Assembly: GCA_034530875.2 (NCBI GenBank)
Contig: JAVRCJ020000013.1
Span: forward strand, 144,608 to 208,607
Source: Nostoc sp. DedSLP01
Lineage (GTDB): Bacteria > Cyanobacteriota > Cyanobacteriia > Cyanobacteriales > Nostocaceae
Length of the DNA: 64,000 nucleotides
Reading direction: 5' to 3'
The notes beneath the pieces are model-generated. The model did no database searches and was not told the DNA's origin. It saw only the letters and a program-made list of their open reading frames with translations. Position 1 is the first letter of the stretch; each line of letters opens with the position of its first letter. Made by a program: the position numbers and the translations under genes. Shown piece after piece: positions 62,001 through 64,000 of the stretch.

Positions 62001-64000
62001 TCTGCCACTAACAGCGAATGGCAAGGTAGACCGTCGCGTGTTGCCGAAACCTGATACAGCTAGACCAGAATTAGAAGCAACTTATCAAGCACCCAATACT
62101 CCTGAAGAAAAGCTTTTAGCCGACATTTGGACGCAAATTCTCGGCTGGGAAAAAGTAGGCATTCATGATAACTTCTTTGCTTTAGGCGGAGATTCTATCC
62201 GCAGTATTCAAGTTCAATCTCTGGCGCACAAACATGGCTTGAGTTTCTCTGTGGCGCAGTTATTCCAATACCAGACGATTTACGAGCTAGTCCAAGAGTT
62301 AAAACTGGCTGATAACATAAACACAAAATTAGAATTAAGTCAACCATTCAGCCTTATTTCGCCAGCAGACAAACAGCAATTACCCGACGGTGTAGAAGAT
62401 GCCTATCCCCTAACGAGGCTGCAAATGGGAATGCTGTTTCATAGCGAGTACAGGCGAGAAAGTGCAGTCTATCACGATATTTTCAGTTTTTACCTGCAAG
62501 CACCCTTTGATGTTCAGGCTTTGCAAGTTGCTGTGCAAGATTTAGTCAATCATCACGCTGTACTGCGGACTTCATTTGAGATCGGTAGTTTTAGTCTGCC
62601 ATTACAGCTAGTGCATCAAAAAGTTGAGATTCCCTTACAGGTAGAGGATTGGTGTCATTTACAGAACTCAGAGCAGGAAGAAGCTTTAGCGGCTTGGTTT
62701 GAATCTGAAAAGAAATCGCATTTTGAATGGACTCATCCTCCGTTACTGCGCTTTTTTGTGCATCGCCGCACTCAGGAAACCTTTAATTTGACTGTGAGTT
62801 TTCACCATGCCATTTTAGATGGCTGGAGTGTTGCTTCAATGGTTACTGAATTGTTGAGACGCTATTTAGCGATTTTGGACAAGCAAGTTGATTTTAGCTT
62901 GCCACCGTTAAGTAGTGTATTCCGAGATTTTGTAGTTTTGGAGCAACAAGCGATCGCTTCGGCAAATTCTCAGCAATACTGGAGTGAAAAGTTAAAGGAC
63001 AGCAGCATCACTAAACTACCTCGCTGGTCTGTTTCCCCTAGTCAGGCAGTAGGACAACAAGTTTGGTTCCAAGCAGTACCGCTATCCTCAGAAATTTGTA
63101 AAGGTTTGAAACAGCTTGCCAAGTCTGTAGGCGTTCCACTCAAAAGTGTGCTGCTGACTGCTCATTTACGAGTTTTAAATCTTCTGAGCGGACACTCAGA
63201 TGTTCTCACAGGTTTAGTCACTAACGGACGACCCGAACAAACCGATGGTGAGCGAATTCTAGGATTATTCCTCAATACCTTGCCATTTCGCCAAGAATTG
63301 TCTGGGGGAACTTGGATAGATTTAGTCAAAGCAGTGTTTGCAACCGAACAAGAATTGCTGCCGCACCGCAGATATCCATTAGTGGAAATCCAGAAAAGCT
63401 TAGGTGGTCAGGCTTTATTTGAGACAACTTTTAACTTCACGCATTTTCATGTGTACGAACAGTTGCAAGAACTTAAAAACTTGCAGCTATTAGGTAAAAA
63501 GTTTTTTGAAGAAACAAATTTTACTTTTAATGCTGGCTTCAACCTGAATCCAGATTCATCTCAAATTGAACTCAGTTTGGGCTACGATGCTTGTGAGCTA
63601 TGCCCCGAACAAATCAACAGAATTAGCGATTATTACGCTAATACCTTGGCGGCAATGGCAAACGAGCCAACAGGACGTTACGAATTACACTCTTTGCTGT
63701 CTGTAGAGGAACAAAATCAGCTGTTAGTGCAGTGGAACAATACTCAAACGGATTTTCCCCAAGAGTTTTGTATTCACCAGTTATTTGAGGCACAAGTAGA
63801 GCAAACACCAGATGCGATCGCAGTAGTCTGGGAAAATGAGCATCTGACTTACGCGCAACTCAACGCCAAAGCCAACCAACTAGCACATCACTTACAAACC
63901 CTGGGTGTGAAACCAGAGGTGATGGTGGGAATTTGTGTAGAGCGATCGGTTTTGATGCTCATCGGTATTCTGGGGATATTGAAAGCTGGTGGTGCTTACG
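59056..64000 (+). CDS. NRPS, partial: starter C, A(Thr), T, C (modified-amino-acid type), then A running off the window
   Basis: GAGGA RBS and ATG 59056; all motifs checked are in one frame. HHIAGDMWS, YIIYTSGSTGNPKG, AFDFSVWE, NMYGITETTVH, YKTGD, GGDSIR, HHAILDGWS. Missing from the ORF track because no stop is reached. Confidence 0.95.
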   Translation, partial: MANNAASQKQPQIFPLSHGQQAMWFLYQIAPQSLAYNIFITVRLCGELDLGAWHRAWQKIVERHSILRTTYTERDGQPCQVVHSYQEVDIQVIDAALESEDYLRKQILAETDRPFNLESDRVLRVRLFTRSPQEHIQLLSMHHIAGDMWSFDILLNEFQVLYAAAQNSDSDDILPLPRLSYIDYIHWQSENLASSRGEQLSTYWHKQLAGELPLLDLPLDKPRSRVQTYNGAYHLIELDRELRQKLRQLADSENTSLYRILLSAFFVLLHRLSGQADILVGSPMAGRSGREEFSEIVGYFTDPVVLRGNLAENPKFTEFIAQVRSTVSEGKKHQDYPFSLLVKQLLSQRDPSRPPLFQVAFTSQKHHWYEQTQNLSVEPEKTLLLMEPYLIAGHQRGAAFDLDLAVVEAGNSLQLCWQYNTDLFDAAAIARMAGNYQILLEGILSNPQQHISELPLLTPKERHQLLFEWNNAEFKHPQDKCIHQLFEEQVRRTPDAVAVEFGTEQLTYNELNQRANKVAHYLQTLGVKPEVLVGIYVERSLFILIGILGILKAGGAYVPLDPAYPAERLTYILNDSQVSVLLTQQKLTGQIFEPNLQVLCLDTDWEKISQFNQENLVSDVQPENLAYIIYTSGSTGNPKGVLINHYNVVRLFAATQAWFNFSGRDVWTLFHSYAFDFSVWEIWGALIYGGKLVIVPYLVSREPEAFYQLLGEKQVTILNQTPSAFRQLIKAEESGRVANNLQLRLVIFGGESLELESLKPWFERHGDTWPQLVNMYGITETTVHVTYRPLKIADLDTNASVIGRPIPDLQVYVLDRYQQLAAIGVKGEMYIGGASLARGYLNRPELSKERFISNSFQRSGGAEGQGGRGGTEDQSSLERLYKTGDLARYLPNGELEYLGRIDNQVKIRGFRIELGEIENAIASHPDVRESVVLLREDEPGDQRLVAYVVSLEQHLKARELRRFLKQKLPEYMIPAAFVQLETLPLTANGKVDRRVLPKPDTARPELEATYQAPNTPEEKLLADIWTQILGWEKVGIHDNFFALGGDSIRSIQVQSLAHKHGLSFSVAQLFQYQTIYELVQELKLADNINTKLELSQPFSLISPADKQQLPDGVEDAYPLTRLQMGMLFHSEYRRESAVYHDIFSFYLQAPFDVQALQVAVQDLVNHHAVLRTSFEIGSFSLPLQLVHQKVEIPLQVEDWCHLQNSEQEEALAAWFESEKKSHFEWTHPPLLRFFVHRRTQETFNLTVSFHHAILDGWSVASMVTELLRRYLAILDKQVDFSLPPLSSVFRDFVVLEQQAIASANSQQYWSEKLKDSSITKLPRWSVSPSQAVGQQVWFQAVPLSSEICKGLKQLAKSVGVPLKSVLLTAHLRVLNLLSGHSDVLTGLVTNGRPEQTDGERILGLFLNTLPFRQELSGGTWIDLVKAVFATEQELLPHRRYPLVEIQKSLGGQALFETTFNFTHFHVYEQLQELKNLQLLGKKFFEETNFTFNAGFNLNPDSSQIELSLGYDACELCPEQINRISDYYANTLAAMANEPTGRYELHSLLSVEEQNQLLVQWNNTQTDFPQEFCIHQLFEAQVEQTPDAIAVVWENEHLTYAQLNAKANQLAHHLQTLGVKPEVMVGICVERSVLMLIGILGILKAGGAY

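Larger units (their letters stand above)
42502..64000. mobile_element. Presumed fdxN excision element (partial)
   Basis: Junction plus xisF at the left end. nifB and the fdxN 5' part were not seen before the window ends. Confidence 0.65.

Overview
Genomic DNA from a heterocyst-forming cyanobacterium (Nostocales-like), based on dense HIP1 GCGATCGC sites, STRR/MITE repeats and a nif cluster. The centre is a ~5.9-kb minus-strand nif island (fdxN 3' remnant-nifS-nifU-glbN-nifH-nifD 5' part) cut at both ends by developmental excision-element junctions. nifD breaks at the canonical 11-bp CGGAGTAATCC site (36636-36646). fdxN breaks at the TATTC site (42497-42501), directly beside xisF. Neither distal junction, nor xisA, nifK, nifB or xisH/xisI, was seen, so both flanks are probably element cargo (>36 kb left, >21 kb right). 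The left flank holds an RTX-like protein, a UbiA-type terpene-cyclase-like gene, a five-gene two-component cluster with a cyanobacteriochrome GAF, a chaperone-usher pilus operon, two tandem CAT-anticodon tRNAs, a nucleotidyltransferase, a slipin gene, a Hachiman-like nuclease plus Ski2 helicase with a C-terminal HIRAN domain, and a vapBC module. The right flank holds xisF, a Uma2 nuclease, a second XisF-like serine recombinase with a Zn-finger partner, and an NRPS cluster (hphB/hphCD/hphA-like homologation genes, ABC exporter, carbamoyltransferase, NPPF methyltransferase, and an NRPS running off the window). Three single cargo modules each sit between diverged direct repeats of adjacent element DNA, with HIP1 sites at or near the junctions, which suggests stepwise cargo capture. 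All calls are by-eye motif recognition; no searches were run.
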